From an uncultured delta proteobacterium (GTDB taxonomy: Bacteria; Desulfobacterota; Binatia; Binatales; Binataceae): DNA of 64,000 nucleotides. This document shows positions 39,616 through 51,595 of the stretch, piece by piece. Below the pieces are notes generated by a model. It made no database searches. It was given only the letters and a program-made list of their open reading frames with translations, and was not told the DNA's origin. The number at the start of each line of letters is the position of its first letter. The first letter of the stretch is position 1. Made by a program: the position numbers and the translations under genes. The stretch is from NCBI GenBank assembly GCA_963842085.1, contig CAWJET010000002.1, positions 992,001 to 1,056,000 of the forward strand, written 5' to 3'.

Positions 39616-40644
39616 ATGAAAGCAGCAGTGTTCAGGAAAAGAGATGAGATGGCCGTCGTCGACCTGCCCGAACCCGTCGCCGGCGCCGGCGAGGTCGTGC
39701 TCAAGGTGCACAATTGCGGAATTTGCGGATCCGATCTGCACGCCGTCCAGTACGGAATCGGGATGCCGCCCGACACCGTGATGGGCCATGAATTCTGCGG
39801 CGAGATTCATTCGCTGGGCCCCGGCGTTAACGGCTACCAGCTCGGCGAGCGAGTCACCTCGCTGCCGTACTTCGCATGCGGCGTATGCTCATGGTGCAAG
39901 CGCGACGACGCGATGCACTGCTCGAAGCTCCGCAGCCTCGGTCTCGGCCAGCTCCCCGGTGCTTACGCCGAGTTCGTCGCATGCAGCGCCGCCAGCCTGC
40001 TCAAGCTGCCCGCCAACGTCAGCTCCCGCGCCGGCGCGCTCGTCGAGCCGCTTTCGGTCGGCCTTCATGGCGTGAACCACGCGTCGCTCGAACCGGGAAT
40101 GGGAGTAGTCGTGATGGGCGCGGGACCGATCGGCCTTTCGACCCTCATATGGGCCAAGGCCAAGGGCGCCAGCGCGGTCGTTGTGTCAGAGCTTGCGCCC
40201 GGCCGCACCGCGCTTGCGATGAAACTAGGCGCCAGCGCGGTCGTCAACCCGACCAGGGACGATCCCGCCGGCGCGGTCAATGCAATCACCGGACGCCCGC
40301 CCGAAGTCGTCTTCGAATGTATCGGCGTCAAGTCCACGCTCGGCACCGCCATCAGCATGGTCGGGCGTCACGGTCAAGTCGTCGTCATCGGCGTCTGCAT
40401 GGAGGCCGACAGCATCTACCCGCTGAGCTGCGTGATGAAAGAAGTGCGAATCGATTTCGCGCTCGCGTACACCCGCCGCGAATTCCAGCAGACCATCGAC
40501 GCGCTCTCCAACGGCGCTATCGACGCAACGCCAATGATCACCGACGTCATCAACGTCGACCAGGTGCCCGACATGTTCACCGCCCTGAAGCACCCCGGCA
40601 CCCGCGCCAAGGTGATGGTCGAATTCCCGCATTGCGGAAATTAG
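39616..40644 (+). CDS. Zn-dependent alcohol dehydrogenase (MDR family)
   Basis: CGICGSDLH, GHE, CGVCSWC...C, GAGPIG. Confidence 0.92.
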   Translation: MKAAVFRKRDEMAVVDLPEPVAGAGEVVLKVHNCGICGSDLHAVQYGIGMPPDTVMGHEFCGEIHSLGPGVNGYQLGERVTSLPYFACGVCSWCKRDDAMHCSKLRSLGLGQLPGAYAEFVACSAASLLKLPANVSSRAGALVEPLSVGLHGVNHASLEPGMGVVVMGAGPIGLSTLIWAKAKGASAVVVSELAPGRTALAMKLGASAVVNPTRDDPAGAVNAITGRPPEVVFECIGVKSTLGTAISMVGRHGQVVVIGVCMEADSIYPLSCVMKEVRIDFALAYTRREFQQTIDALSNGAIDATPMITDVINVDQVPDMFTALKHPGTRAKVMVEFPHCGN

Positions 40645-40673
40645 GCGGAACTCCCCGCGCGCCGACGAAATAG

Positions 40674-40704
40674 AAAAAGGCCGGATGACGATGCGTCCGG
40701 CCTT
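40674..40704 (-). terminator. Intrinsic terminator downstream of hppA
   Basis: AAGGCCGGA-N10-TCCGGCCTT hairpin followed by a T5 run on the minus strand, between convergent genes. Confidence 0.65.
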
Positions 40705-40732
40705 CGTAAAATCGCCAGGCGTGAAAGCCCAC

Positions 40733-43006
40733 TCAGGCGGCCTGCTTGGTCTCGATTGCCAGGCTCTCCTCCGCGATCGAGCCGCGCTTGGAGAAGGTTA
40801 CCGCGATCGCCAGTGCGACCAGCGCCAGCACCACGACCGCGACGCGCAGCACCGTCACGCCGCCGAGCGAAACCGTGGTGAACGGCGCCGCTAAAATCGA
40901 GACCAGGTTCATCACCTTGATCATCGGGTTCAGCGCCGGGCCGGCCGTGTCCTTGAACGGATCGCCGACCGTGTCGCCCACGACCGACGCCTTGTGCACG
41001 TCGGTGCCCTTGCCGCCGAGGAACCCGTCCTCGATCTTTTTCTTCGCGTTGTCCCAGTTGGCGCCCGCATTCGACATGAAGACCGCCATCAACTGGCCTG
41101 TCAGGATCGTGCCGCCGAGGAAACCGCCGAGCGCGCCCGCGCCGAGACCGAAGCCGACCAGCAGCGGCGAGAAAATCGCCAGGATTCCGGGGCCGAGCAA
41201 TTCCTTCTGCGACGCGGCCGTGACGATATCGACGCACGCGCCGTAGTCGGGCAGCTCCTTGCCCTCCATGATTCCCGGATGCGCGCGAAGCTGGCGGCGA
41301 ACCTCGAACACGATCTGATAGGCCGCGCGGCTGACCGCCTTAATCGCGAACGAGCTGAACAGAAACGGCACCGCGCCGCCGATCATCAGGCCGACGAACA
41401 CGGTCGGCATGTTGATCTGCACACCGAGCGCGCCGAGATGAGCCTCATCGATAAACGACCGGAACAGCGAGACGGCCGCGAGCACCGCGGTCGCAATCGC
41501 CAGGCCCTTGGTCAGCGCCTTGGTGGTGTTGCCGATCGCGTCCATCCACGACAGCGTCTTCGACGCCTCCTCCTGATGGATTCCGCCCATCTCGAAGATG
41601 CCGTGGGCGTTGTCGGTGATCGGCCCGTAGGTGTCCATCGCGAGGATGAACCCGGTGGTGGTGAGCAGGCCGAGCCCGGTCAGCGCGATTCCGTAAAACT
41701 GCAGCGCGAGCGAATCGTGGAAAATCGCCATCGCGCCGATGATCGCGGCTGCGATCACCAGCAGCGCCCAGACTGACGACTCGAGTCCCTCGGCCATGCC
41801 CGACAGGATCAATGTCGCCGGGCCGGTGCGCGCCGCCATCGCGGTTTCGGTGACCGGGCCTTTGTCCGGATGCGTAAAATAGTTCGTCAGCCACAGCGTC
41901 ACGACGGCGAGAATTATTCCGAGCGACGCGCAGCAGGCGAAGCGCCAATCGGTCGCGCCGGTGCGCGGATCGTCGAGGTAGAGATAATTCACGACGAAGA
42001 ATCCGATCACGGATGCGATCGCCGAGGTCATGTAGCCGATTGTGATCGGGCGCATCGGATCGAGCATCTTGCCGGCCGGCACGCGCACCGCCAGGATTCC
42101 GATGATCGAGGAAAACACGCCGACGCCGCGCAGGATCAGCGCGAACATGATGAGTTTGACCGCGAACATACCCGCGTACTGGCCATAGATGGCGATAAAG
42201 TCCGATTCCTGCAGCGCGTACGCCGCCAGGATGATCGCGGCGACCAGCGTCACCTCGTACGACTCGAACACGTCGGCCGCCATGCCGGCGCAGTCGCCGA
42301 CGTTGTCGCCGACGTTGTCGGCAATCGTCGCGGGATTGCGCGGGTCGTCTTCGGGCAGGTCCTGCTCGATCTTGCCGACCAGGTCGCCGCCGACGTCAGC
42401 GGCCTTGGTGTAGATGCCGCCGCCGACGCGCATGAAGAGGGCGGCCAGCGAGCCGCCGAAGCCGAAGCCGACCAGGACCTTCATCGCGTTTTCGCGGAAC
42501 ACCAGGAAGATGATCGTCGCGCCGAGCAGTCCCAGCCCGACCGTGAACATCCCCGACACTCCGCCCGCCTTGAATGCCAGTTCCATCGCGCCCTTGAAGC
42601 TGGTCAGCGCCGCGTTGGCGCTGCGGACGTTGGCCTTGACCGCCAGCCACATCCCGACGTAGCCGGCACTGTAGGACGCCGCGACGCCCATCAGGAATGC
42701 GATCGAGATTCCCAGCGGCAGGGTCAGGCCCTGATACACGTTGCGGTACATGAAGAACAACGCGATGAAGATGGCGGCGACGAACCAGATCATGGTTTTG
42801 ACCTGGCGTCCGAGGTACGCCATCGCGCCGAGTTCGATCGCGTCGGACACGTCGGTCATCGATTTGGGTCCGGGGTCGGCCGCCAGCACCACGCGTATCA
42901 GCATGACTCCGTAGCCCAGCGCGACCAGCGCCGAGACCAGCACCAGCCACAGGATCATCACCTGTCCGCTGGATAAAGTGGGCAGAACGATATTCGCTTC
43001 GCTCAT
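40733..43006 (-). CDS. hppA: Membrane H+-translocating pyrophosphatase, K+-independent type
   Basis: GGGIYTKAADVGGDLVGKIE, DNVGDNVGD, GNTTKA (Lys determinant), GDTVGDPFKD. Confidence 0.93.
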   Translation of the reverse strand: MSEANIVLPTLSSGQVMILWLVLVSALVALGYGVMLIRVVLAADPGPKSMTDVSDAIELGAMAYLGRQVKTMIWFVAAIFIALFFMYRNVYQGLTLPLGISIAFLMGVAASYSAGYVGMWLAVKANVRSANAALTSFKGAMELAFKAGGVSGMFTVGLGLLGATIIFLVFRENAMKVLVGFGFGGSLAALFMRVGGGIYTKAADVGGDLVGKIEQDLPEDDPRNPATIADNVGDNVGDCAGMAADVFESYEVTLVAAIILAAYALQESDFIAIYGQYAGMFAVKLIMFALILRGVGVFSSIIGILAVRVPAGKMLDPMRPITIGYMTSAIASVIGFFVVNYLYLDDPRTGATDWRFACCASLGIILAVVTLWLTNYFTHPDKGPVTETAMAARTGPATLILSGMAEGLESSVWALLVIAAAIIGAMAIFHDSLALQFYGIALTGLGLLTTTGFILAMDTYGPITDNAHGIFEMGGIHQEEASKTLSWMDAIGNTTKALTKGLAIATAVLAAVSLFRSFIDEAHLGALGVQINMPTVFVGLMIGGAVPFLFSSFAIKAVSRAAYQIVFEVRRQLRAHPGIMEGKELPDYGACVDIVTAASQKELLGPGILAIFSPLLVGFGLGAGALGGFLGGTILTGQLMAVFMSNAGANWDNAKKKIEDGFLGGKGTDVHKASVVGDTVGDPFKDTAGPALNPMIKVMNLVSILAAPFTTVSLGGVTVLRVAVVVLALVALAIAVTFSKRGSIAEESLAIETKQAA

Positions 43007-43169
43007 CGGTTGATTCGAGACTCCTGAAAGAATTCGAGGTTATTTTAAGGGCGGCGCCCGCTGCGCAATTGAATCGCTCCGCGCATAACCGGGCGATCGC
43101 CCTCCGGGTATCTGGCGCAGTCTAGGTTTTCCTGAAAGCGAAGTCCATATCGGCAGGCGTGCCCCCTTT

Positions 43170-43198
43170 GTCATTCAGAGCGCAGCGAAGAATCCCGG
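43170..43198 (+). repeat. REP-like repeat family C
   Basis: GTCATTCAGAGCGCAGCGAAGAATCCCGG; reverse-complement relatives at 33527-33555 and 33662-33690, degenerate copy at 6913-6936. Confidence 0.75.
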
Positions 43199-43320
43199 AT
43201 CTTTCTCGATGTGGGCTGACGCACCCCTAGCGTCGGCTCGACCGGGATCACCGACGCAATTTCGCCCTCGTCGGTTGATTCACCCAATCGCGGTGTGTTT
43301 ATCTGTAAAGTTCAACTGCC

Positions 43321-44646
43321 ATGAATGTAAATATCGAAGAACCCTCCACTCTCCGGCGCAAGCTCACGATTGAAGTCGAGCCCGACGAAATCAAGCATGA
43401 GCTGGATCGCGCATACAACGAACTCAAACGCGGCGTGGTGCTCAAGGGCTTCCGCCCCGGCCACGCGCCGCGCAATCTGCTCGAGCGATTTTTCGGTGAG
43501 CAGGTCCGCGGCGAGGTAGTGCAGAAGCTCGTCGAGGAATACACCAAAAAGGCGCTCGAGGAGCACGACCTCAAACCCGTGGTCGCGCCCGAAATCGTCA
43601 CCGAACAGACCGACCTGCAAAAAGACCTCGCGCTCAAGTTCAGCGCCACCTTCGACCTGCGCCCGAAGATCGAGGTCAAGGACTACGAGGGCCTCAAGGT
43701 GCCCGCGTCCACGGTCGAGGTCACGGATCAGGAAGTCGAAGAGGCGATCGAAAGATTTCGCGTGCGACAGGCAACGCTCAAGAAGATCGAAGATCGCACC
43801 GTCGTCGAGGATGGCGATTACGTGCTCGCCTCGGTCGAGGCGTTCGAGGACGGCAAGCCGCTGTCGAGCACCAAACCTGACGATCGGCTGGTCGAAGTTT
43901 CCGAACGCGCGCTGGCCCATGGCGTGTTCGAAGTGCTCAAGGGCTCGGAGCTTGGCAAGGAAAAACGGGCCTCTAAGACCTACGCCGCCGACTACAGCCA
44001 GAAGGAGCTGGCCGGCAAGACGATCGAATGGCGCGCCACCCCGAAAGAAATCTACCGGCGCGAGCTGCCGACCGTCGACGACGACTTCGCCAAGGATCTC
44101 GGCGACGAGAACCTCGAGGCGTTCCGCGCCCGCGTTCGCAAAGAACTGCTAGCGCACGCCGAGGATGAGGCCAACGCGCGCGCGCGCCAGGGTTTGCTCG
44201 ATCTCGTGATCGAGCGCAACCCGCTCGAGCTGCCCGAATCGCTGGTCACGCGCGAGCTGAGCGCGATGGAATCCGAGCTGCATCAGACGCTCGAAGCGGG
44301 CGGCCTGTCGCACGAGGAAGCCGGCGAACGGGTCAAGCAGAGCGCCGAGGACCTCAAGACCCGGGCCGAGAAGCGCGCGCGCACCGGGCTAATCGTGGAT
44401 GCGCTCGCCGAGCAGGAAAAAATCGAGGTCGATGACGAGGCTCTGGGCGACCGGGTGGCGTCAATCGTGACGAACAGCGGACGCAATCGCGACCGCGCCG
44501 CCGAGTTTTATCGCAAGGAAGAGAACCGCGAGGCGCTGCGGCAATCGATGCGCCGGGAGAAGGCGCTCGACTTTATTTTGAGCCGCGCCAAGCGTGAAGA
44601 TGCACCGTCTGAGCCGCGTGACGAAGGTTCATCTGAGCAGAAGTAG
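43321..44646 (+). CDS. tig: Trigger factor
   Basis: GFRPGHAP ribosome-binding motif; upstream of clpP. Confidence 0.93.
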   Translation: MNVNIEEPSTLRRKLTIEVEPDEIKHELDRAYNELKRGVVLKGFRPGHAPRNLLERFFGEQVRGEVVQKLVEEYTKKALEEHDLKPVVAPEIVTEQTDLQKDLALKFSATFDLRPKIEVKDYEGLKVPASTVEVTDQEVEEAIERFRVRQATLKKIEDRTVVEDGDYVLASVEAFEDGKPLSSTKPDDRLVEVSERALAHGVFEVLKGSELGKEKRASKTYAADYSQKELAGKTIEWRATPKEIYRRELPTVDDDFAKDLGDENLEAFRARVRKELLAHAEDEANARARQGLLDLVIERNPLELPESLVTRELSAMESELHQTLEAGGLSHEEAGERVKQSAEDLKTRAEKRARTGLIVDALAEQEKIEVDDEALGDRVASIVTNSGRNRDRAAEFYRKEENREALRQSMRREKALDFILSRAKREDAPSEPRDEGSSEQK

Positions 44647-44772
44647 CATCGTTGCTACGCGGTTCGGAGCCAATCACGGTTGCTCCCCCATTTCCCTCAC
44701 GTTACAATTTGAAGGCGTCAGCGGCCTTCTCTCAATCGTTGTCGGAACCTGGCTGTGGCGCGGGTTGGAGGT

Positions 44773-45369
44773 ATGAGCAACCTGGTACCGATGGTCGTCG
44801 AACAGACCGGGCGCGGAGAGCGGGCCTACGACATCTACTCTCGCCTGCTCAAGGACCGCATCGTCTTTCTCGGCACCGAAATCAACGACGACGTCGCCAA
44901 CCTCGTCACGGCGCAGTTCCTGTTCCTCGAGTCCGAAGATCCCGAAAAAGAGATCAATTTTTATATCAACTCGCCGGGCGGCTCGGTGACGGCCGGGATG
45001 GCGATTTACGACACGATGGAGTTCATCCGGCCGCCCGTCTCGACACTATGCCTTGGGCAGGCGGCCAGCATGGCCGCGGTCATGCTCTTGGCGGGTGCGA
45101 AGGGACGACGCTACGCGCTGCCGCATTCGCGCATCATACTGCATCAGCCGCTGGGCGGGATGCAGGGTCAGGCGAGCGACCTGGAAATTCACGCGAGGGA
45201 AATTCTGCACGCGCGGGAGGAAATCAACAACATCATAATGAAGCATACGGGACAGAATCTCCGTAAGATCGAAAAGGACACCGATCGCGACTACTTCATG
45301 TCGCCGGATCAAGCGGTTGAATACGGGCTGATTGATGAGGTAATCGTTAGCCGAAGGCCGTCCAAGTGA
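44773..45369 (+). CDS. clpP: Clp protease proteolytic subunit
   Basis: [25 protein letters not shown]; RBS GGAGGT. Confidence 0.97.
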   Translation: MSNLVPMVVEQTGRGERAYDIYSRLLKDRIVFLGTEINDDVANLVTAQFLFLESEDPEKEINFYINSPGGSVTAGMAIYDTMEFIRPPVSTLCLGQAASMAAVMLLAGAKGRRYALPHSRIILHQPLGGMQGQASDLEIHAREILHAREEINNIIMKHTGQNLRKIEKDTDRDYFMSPDQAVEYGLIDEVIVSRRPSK

Positions 45370-45384
45370 GCCGCGGGAGGCAGT

Positions 45385-46635
<1,251 letters not shown>

Positions 46636-46660
46636 CTCGGGGAGATTTTGAAATCGTAAG

Positions 46661-49135
46661 ATGCTTTTTCGCAATGACAAAAAAGACAATCGCGATGCAA
46701 CGTCGAACGTCGTGCCACTGTTCCCGTTGCGCGAACTGATCGTATTTCCGCATGAAGTCTATCCGATCTTCGTCGGCCGCCAGAAGTCGATTAAGGCTCT
46801 GGAAGCCGCCGAGGCCAGGAAGACGCCCATCCTGCTGGTCACGCAGAAGGACCCGAAGGTCGCCGAGCCCGCGCCCGGCGACCTCTACGCGGTCGGCACG
46901 CTCGGGGTGGTCGTGCAACTGCTGCGTCTGCCCGACGGTACCGTCAAGGCGCTGGTCGAGGGCAAGAAGCGCGCGCGCGTGATCCGCTACGTCGCCGACG
47001 AGGAATATTTCCAGGTCGAAGCCGAGGAGATCGAGGAGGTCAGCGACCGCTCCACCGAAGTTGAGGCGTTGATGCGCTCGGTGGTCTCGACCTTCGACAA
47101 CTACGCGCGGCTCAACAAGAAGATTCCGCCCGAGATGGTGACCTCGATCGCCGCGGTCGACGATCCCGCTTTCCTGGCCGACAAGCTCGTCGGACATCTT
47201 GGGATCAAGCTCGAAGACAAGCAGGCGCTGCTCGAATCGACCAACCCGGCCGAGCGGCTGGAAAAGATTCTCGGCTACATGCGCTCGGAGCTGGAAATCC
47301 TCGAGGTCGAAAAACGCATCCGCTCGCGCGTCAAGAAGCAGATGGAGAAGACGTCCAAGGAGTACTACCTCAACGAGCAGATGCGCGCGATTCAGAAGGA
47401 GCTCGGCGAGAAGGACGAATTCAAGAACGAGATTCAAGAGTTGGAAGAAAAACTGCGGCAGAAGAAGATGCCCGCCGAGGCGCGTGAGAAGTGCGAGCGC
47501 GAGATCAAGAAGCTCAAGATGATGTCGCCGATGTCGGCCGAGGCAACCGTCGTGCGCAACTACCTCGACTGGTTCCTGGCGCTGCCGTGGTTCGAGTACA
47601 CCGAGGACAAGCTCGACATCAAGGAAGCCGAGCGCGTGCTCGAGGAAGATCATTACGGGCTGGAGAAGGTCAAGCAGCGCATCCTCGAATACCTGGCGGT
47701 CGAGACGCTGGTCGGCCAGATGAAGGGCCCCATCCTGTGCCTGGTCGGACCTCCGGGGGTCGGCAAGACGTCGCTGGGCAAATCGGTGGCGCGCGCGACC
47801 GGACGTAAATTCGTGCGCGTGTCGCTCGGCGGCGTGCGCGACGAAGCCGAAATCCGCGGCCATCGCCGGACTTACATCGGCGCGCTGCCGGGCAAGGTGA
47901 TCCAGTCGATTCGCAAAGCGGGCTCGTCCAACCCGGTGCTGCTGTTCGACGAGGTGGATAAAATGTCCACCGACTTCCGCGGCGACCCGTCGTCGGCGCT
48001 GCTCGAGGTTCTCGATCCCGAGCAGAACTGCACGTTCAACGATCACTATCTCGACTGCGACTACGATTTGTCGAAAGTGATGTTTATCACAACGGCGAAT
48101 ACGCTCGATCGCATCCCGCGGCCGCTCCAGGACCGCATGGAAGTCATCCGGATTCCCGGCTACACGGAAACGGAGAAGCTCAACATCGCCAAGAAGTACC
48201 TGCTGAAGAAGCAGCAGGAGGCCAACGGGCTGCGGCCGGAGAATATCGAAGTGTCCGACGGCGCAATCCAGGGCATCATCCGCTACTACACGCGCGAGGC
48301 GGGCGTCAGAAATCTCGAGCGCGAGCTCGCGTCGATCTGCCGCAAGGTCGCGGTCGAGGTCGTCAAGACCGATCGCAACGCGCACGTCAAGGTTTCGAGC
48401 TCGAGCCTGGGCAAGTACCTGGGCGTTCCGAAGTTCCGCTACGGTACGGCTGAGACGATACCGCAGGTGGGAGTGGCGACCGGGCTGGCGTGGACGGAGC
48501 TTGGCGGCGAGCTGCTCAGCGTCGAGGTGACGATCGTTCCGGGACGCGGCAAGCTGACTATTACCGGACAGCTCGGCGACGTGATGCAGGAGTCGGCGCA
48601 GGCAGCGCTTTCGTACGTGCGTTCGCGGGCGGAGGTGCTCGGGCTCGATCGCGGCTTCTATCACCGCATCGACATCCACATCCACATTCCCGAGGGCGCC
48701 ATTCCCAAGGACGGGCCGTCGGCCGGAATCACGCTCGCAACCGCGCTGGTGTCGGCGCTCACGCGCTCTCCGATTCGCAACGACCTTGCGATGACGGGCG
48801 AGATCACGCTGCGCGGACGGGTGCTGCCGATCGGCGGACTCAAGGAGAAGGTGCTCGCGGCGCATCGCGGCGGCATCAAGACGATCCTGATACCCAGGGA
48901 CAACGCCAAGGACATCGAGGAGATCCCGCCGCAGATCATGAAGGGCATCACCTTGATCCAGATCGAGCACATGGACGAAGTGCTCAAGCACGCGCTGGTG
49001 TTGACCGACCCGGATACGTTCTTCAAGACGGGCAAGGGCGACAGCGACCTGGCGTTCCTGCGCGAGCCGGAACCGAAGGTGCCGATAACGCCGGTGGACG
49101 AAGACGATACGACTGTATCCACGAACCTGTCGTAG
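46661..49135 (+). CDS. lon: Lon protease
   Basis: [24 protein letters not shown]. Confidence 0.97.
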   Translation: MLFRNDKKDNRDATSNVVPLFPLRELIVFPHEVYPIFVGRQKSIKALEAAEARKTPILLVTQKDPKVAEPAPGDLYAVGTLGVVVQLLRLPDGTVKALVEGKKRARVIRYVADEEYFQVEAEEIEEVSDRSTEVEALMRSVVSTFDNYARLNKKIPPEMVTSIAAVDDPAFLADKLVGHLGIKLEDKQALLESTNPAERLEKILGYMRSELEILEVEKRIRSRVKKQMEKTSKEYYLNEQMRAIQKELGEKDEFKNEIQELEEKLRQKKMPAEAREKCEREIKKLKMMSPMSAEATVVRNYLDWFLALPWFEYTEDKLDIKEAERVLEEDHYGLEKVKQRILEYLAVETLVGQMKGPILCLVGPPGVGKTSLGKSVARATGRKFVRVSLGGVRDEAEIRGHRRTYIGALPGKVIQSIRKAGSSNPVLLFDEVDKMSTDFRGDPSSALLEVLDPEQNCTFNDHYLDCDYDLSKVMFITTANTLDRIPRPLQDRMEVIRIPGYTETEKLNIAKKYLLKKQQEANGLRPENIEVSDGAIQGIIRYYTREAGVRNLERELASICRKVAVEVVKTDRNAHVKVSSSSLGKYLGVPKFRYGTAETIPQVGVATGLAWTELGGELLSVEVTIVPGRGKLTITGQLGDVMQESAQAALSYVRSRAEVLGLDRGFYHRIDIHIHIPEGAIPKDGPSAGITLATALVSALTRSPIRNDLAMTGEITLRGRVLPIGGLKEKVLAAHRGGIKTILIPRDNAKDIEEIPPQIMKGITLIQIEHMDEVLKHALVLTDPDTFFKTGKGDSDLAFLREPEPKVPITPVDEDDTTVSTNLS

Positions 49136-49230
49136 GTTCTGAGCGGGGGACACCGCGCATTCCGGCCGGCCGGAGTGCGCGGCTCAAATATGCGGTCGCG
49201 GATTTTTGGCAAGACCGCCGAAGGTTACAT

Positions 49231-49548
49231 ATGACCAAGGCTGAACTCATAGAGGCGTTGTCAAACAAGCTTCCGCTCAACAAGGCCGACGCCGAACGCG
49301 CAATTAACATCGTGCTCGACGACGTCATTGCCGCGCTGCGCCAGGGCGAGCGCGTGAACATCTCGGGCTTCGGCACGTTTTCAGTATCGGAACGGCAGGC
49401 GCGCACCGGGCGCAATCCAAAGACCGGCGAGTCGATCGAGATAGCGGCGAGCCGGTCGGCAAAGTTCAAACCGGGCAAGCAGTTGAAGGACTCGCTCAAC
49501 GAAGGGGTCGGCGCAGCGCCGGCTTCGTCGCCGTCGACGGGCTCGTAA
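49231..49548 (+). CDS. hup: HU family DNA-binding protein
   Basis: MTKAELI, GFGTF, RTGRNPKTG, FKPGK. Confidence 0.93.
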   Translation: MTKAELIEALSNKLPLNKADAERAINIVLDDVIAALRQGERVNISGFGTFSVSERQARTGRNPKTGESIEIAASRSAKFKPGKQLKDSLNEGVGAAPASSPSTGS

Positions 49549-49648
49549 CGCACGCACAATCGAAGCGATCGATTCGATTCGCGGAAGAAATGGCCCGTGT
49601 GTCGATCGCACCCGTGGCCGTCTTTTTTTTGCTAACATTTCGGGCCGC

Positions 49649-49723
49649 GGGCGGTTAGCTCAGTGGTAGAGCATCGGCCTTACAAGCCGGGGGTCGCAGG
49701 TTCGAAACCTGCACCGCCCACCA
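49649..49723 (+). tRNA. tRNA-Val (anticodon TAC)
   Basis: GGGCGGT/ACCGCCC acceptor stem, CT-TAC-AA anticodon loop, GGTTCGAAACC T-arm, encoded CCA. Confidence 0.97.
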
Positions 49724-49771
49724 ATAAAATCAAGCACTTACGCGATTGCGCTAACGGCGTTTCCGGCGTCA

Positions 49772-49789
49772 GTGCCAAATAGGTGCCAA
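49772..49789 (+). promoter_or_regulatory. Putative integrase arm-type sites (left)
   Basis: GTGCCAA x2 at 11-bp spacing; same motif x3 at 58016-58047. Confidence 0.65.
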
Positions 49790-49915
49790 TTTTTTATCAA
49801 AAGCAGGGGCTAAAAGAGCCCTTGGTAGGGGTCGATTTTGTACCCAAGCTCGAGCCCAGATCGGGTGCACGAGGATGCAGTTTCACCGAAAATCAAAAAT
49901 GGAAACGGCTGGGAT

Positions 49916-49942
49916 CTGATCCGTCTGATCCGTCTAATCCCC
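49916..49942 (+). repeat. 9-bp iteron-like array (left end)
   Basis: CTGATCCGT CTGATCCGT CTAATCCCC. Confidence 0.8.
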
Positions 49943-50162
49943 CGCAACCCCCAGGGGCGATGGTGACGGGACGACCTCAAAGAATCGTGCCGGGGGTAGC
50001 CCGTAGACCCCCACCCCCTCTATGCTTTTTCGTCGCGCGCGCGGCGGCACGGCTCACGAATACAGTGGCGTCGACGTGGGAGTCTGCTTGCTTCGAGAAG
50101 GGGCGCCGAATCGAGCTTTTAGCGCTATGCTTCACAATCGCGAGCCGCGGCGCGGCGGGCGG

Positions 50163-50408
50163 ATGGTCGATCTTATGCTGCAACCCGATTTCGATCCCAA
50201 GCCGAAAACTCTCCACATCTATCCGTGCGGCTACCTCTCGAAATGCAAGGCTCGGCGATGCTGGGAGCGCGCGACGCTGATCGCCGAGAAGGTTGACGGC
50301 GGCGGCCGGCACATTCGGCAGATCGAATTGTGCACGAAGCATGGCAACGTCGTTATCGCGCGCGAGCGGGCGCGCGGTCTAGAGATTTCTGATCGGCGGT
50401 TTGAATAG
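50163..50408 (+). CDS. Small Cys/His-containing hypothetical protein
   Basis: C...CKARRC...LCTKH, possibly Zn-binding; C-terminal part of ORF 50022..50408. Confidence 0.55.
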   Translation: MVDLMLQPDFDPKPKTLHIYPCGYLSKCKARRCWERATLIAEKVDGGGRHIRQIELCTKHGNVVIARERARGLEISDRRFE

Positions 50409-50419
50409 GGAACGGGCCA

Positions 50420-50517
50420 GCGAGGGAGGGGTGCCCATTTCGCCAGCCCGAACGCCGACTGGTCAAAAGGGAGGTAAACACACCAGCCAGCGATCCCATC
50501 CCTACTAAATCGGCGCG
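50420..50517 (-). ncRNA. Candidate small RNA with an anti-SD loop
   Basis: 11-bp stem (50453-50463/50482-50492) that pairs fully only on the minus strand via G-U; loop contains ACCUCCCUUU; upstream TTGACA-N16-TATAGA. Confidence 0.4.
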
Positions 50518-50781
50518 CGAGCGTCTATAAATCGGAACGATGCGCTGTCAAAACGATTCGGCCAAAGGCGTTCACGAGCTAGAAATTTTCAACTTACGAC
50601 GGCGCCAGGCCTACCGCGAGCAGACCGGCATTTTCCATTTTGACGGCGAATGTAGGAGATGCTTCGCCTCGTATTGGCAGCACGGACAAGAGATCGTTTC
50701 TGAGCAGTGGAAGTTGCGCCCTGCTACTTGCGATTGCGGCTGCGCTTAAATTAAGAGATTCGCGACTTGAAATTCAGCCAC

Positions 50782-50937
50782 TCAGCACCGAATTGAGACA
50801 CTGCCGGCGGGTGAACTTCCGGCTTGCGCGGCCTTGTTCTTCTCGCGCTGCAGCTTGCGGGCCTGCTTTCGCTCGCGCTTCAGCCGGCGCGCCATTTCGG
50901 CCAGTTCGTGCTGCGATCCGCGCGTTCGCGTGCTCAC
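50782..50937 (-). CDS. Small basic protein (51 aa), not in ORF track
   Basis: GTG overlaps the stop of the TerS-like gene (GTGA); MSTRTRGSQHELAEMARRLKRERKQARKLQREKNKAA... Confidence 0.5.
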   Translation of the reverse strand: MSTRTRGSQHELAEMARRLKRERKQARKLQREKNKAAQAGSSPAGSVSIRC

Positions 50938-51368
50938 GACAACCGCCGCCCGTCGGCTTTCGCCTCGGGCGCGTCGACAACTTCCGCATCGTCTACCGAG
51001 TGGATCAGCTGTTCGAAGACATCCTGGTTGCGCGGTCGTGCCGCTGAAAACGACAACGGCGTGAGCAGCAGTTCTCTTTCGTGTGCGAGCAAAGTCTGTC
51101 CAAGGCGCCGAATTGCGTCTGTAACCCCGCGCGGGTTGCCGAGCTCGTCGATCAGGCCGCGCTCGCGGGCGCTCGCGATCAAACCATCGAACACGACGGA
51201 CAAAGAACAGTACCTCTTGAGCGTCAGTGAAAACTCAGGCTTGTCCAACCAGCCGGCCGATCGTTTGAGAGAGCGCGCGCGCCTGCGGATTCGTTCATCA
51301 CGTCGTTTCGCGACTGCCCTGCGCGACACGGGCGCCGGCGTAGCCGTATCGGTGGGGTCGCCGTTCAT
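50934..51368 (-). CDS. Terminase small subunit-like protein
   Basis: LKRYC...GLIDELGNP...LLAHERELLLTPLS resembles the P27-family TerS pattern NP...ELGLTP.S. Confidence 0.5.
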   Translation of the reverse strand: MNGDPTDTATPAPVSRRAVAKRRDERIRRRARSLKRSAGWLDKPEFSLTLKRYCSLSVVFDGLIASARERGLIDELGNPRGVTDAIRRLGQTLLAHERELLLTPLSFSAARPRNQDVFEQLIHSVDDAEVVDAPEAKADGRRLS

Positions 51369-51595
51369 TCGAGTCTCGCAACTACGTCTTTCAGCTTCGC
51401 GAGCGCCTGGGCGCGGCGCGCGTCTAGTCGCCGCTGTAACTCGAGCTGCTCGACGCGCGGTAGCCGGCCGAACTTTTCGAACAACGCCGCAACAATCCGC
51501 ACATACTCGCTGTCGTCCGCCACGTGCAACGCCGTGGCAAAAGCCCGATCGAGACGATCTACCTCGTTATCGAGACTATCTGCGTTTTGTGCCAT
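51365..51595 (-). CDS. Hypothetical helical protein (76 aa)
   Basis: ATG at 51595 with RBS AGAGAGG; ATGA coupling to the next gene. Confidence 0.6.
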   Translation of the reverse strand: MAQNADSLDNEVDRLDRAFATALHVADDSEYVRIVAALFEKFGRLPRVEQLELQRRLDARRAQALAKLKDVVARLE

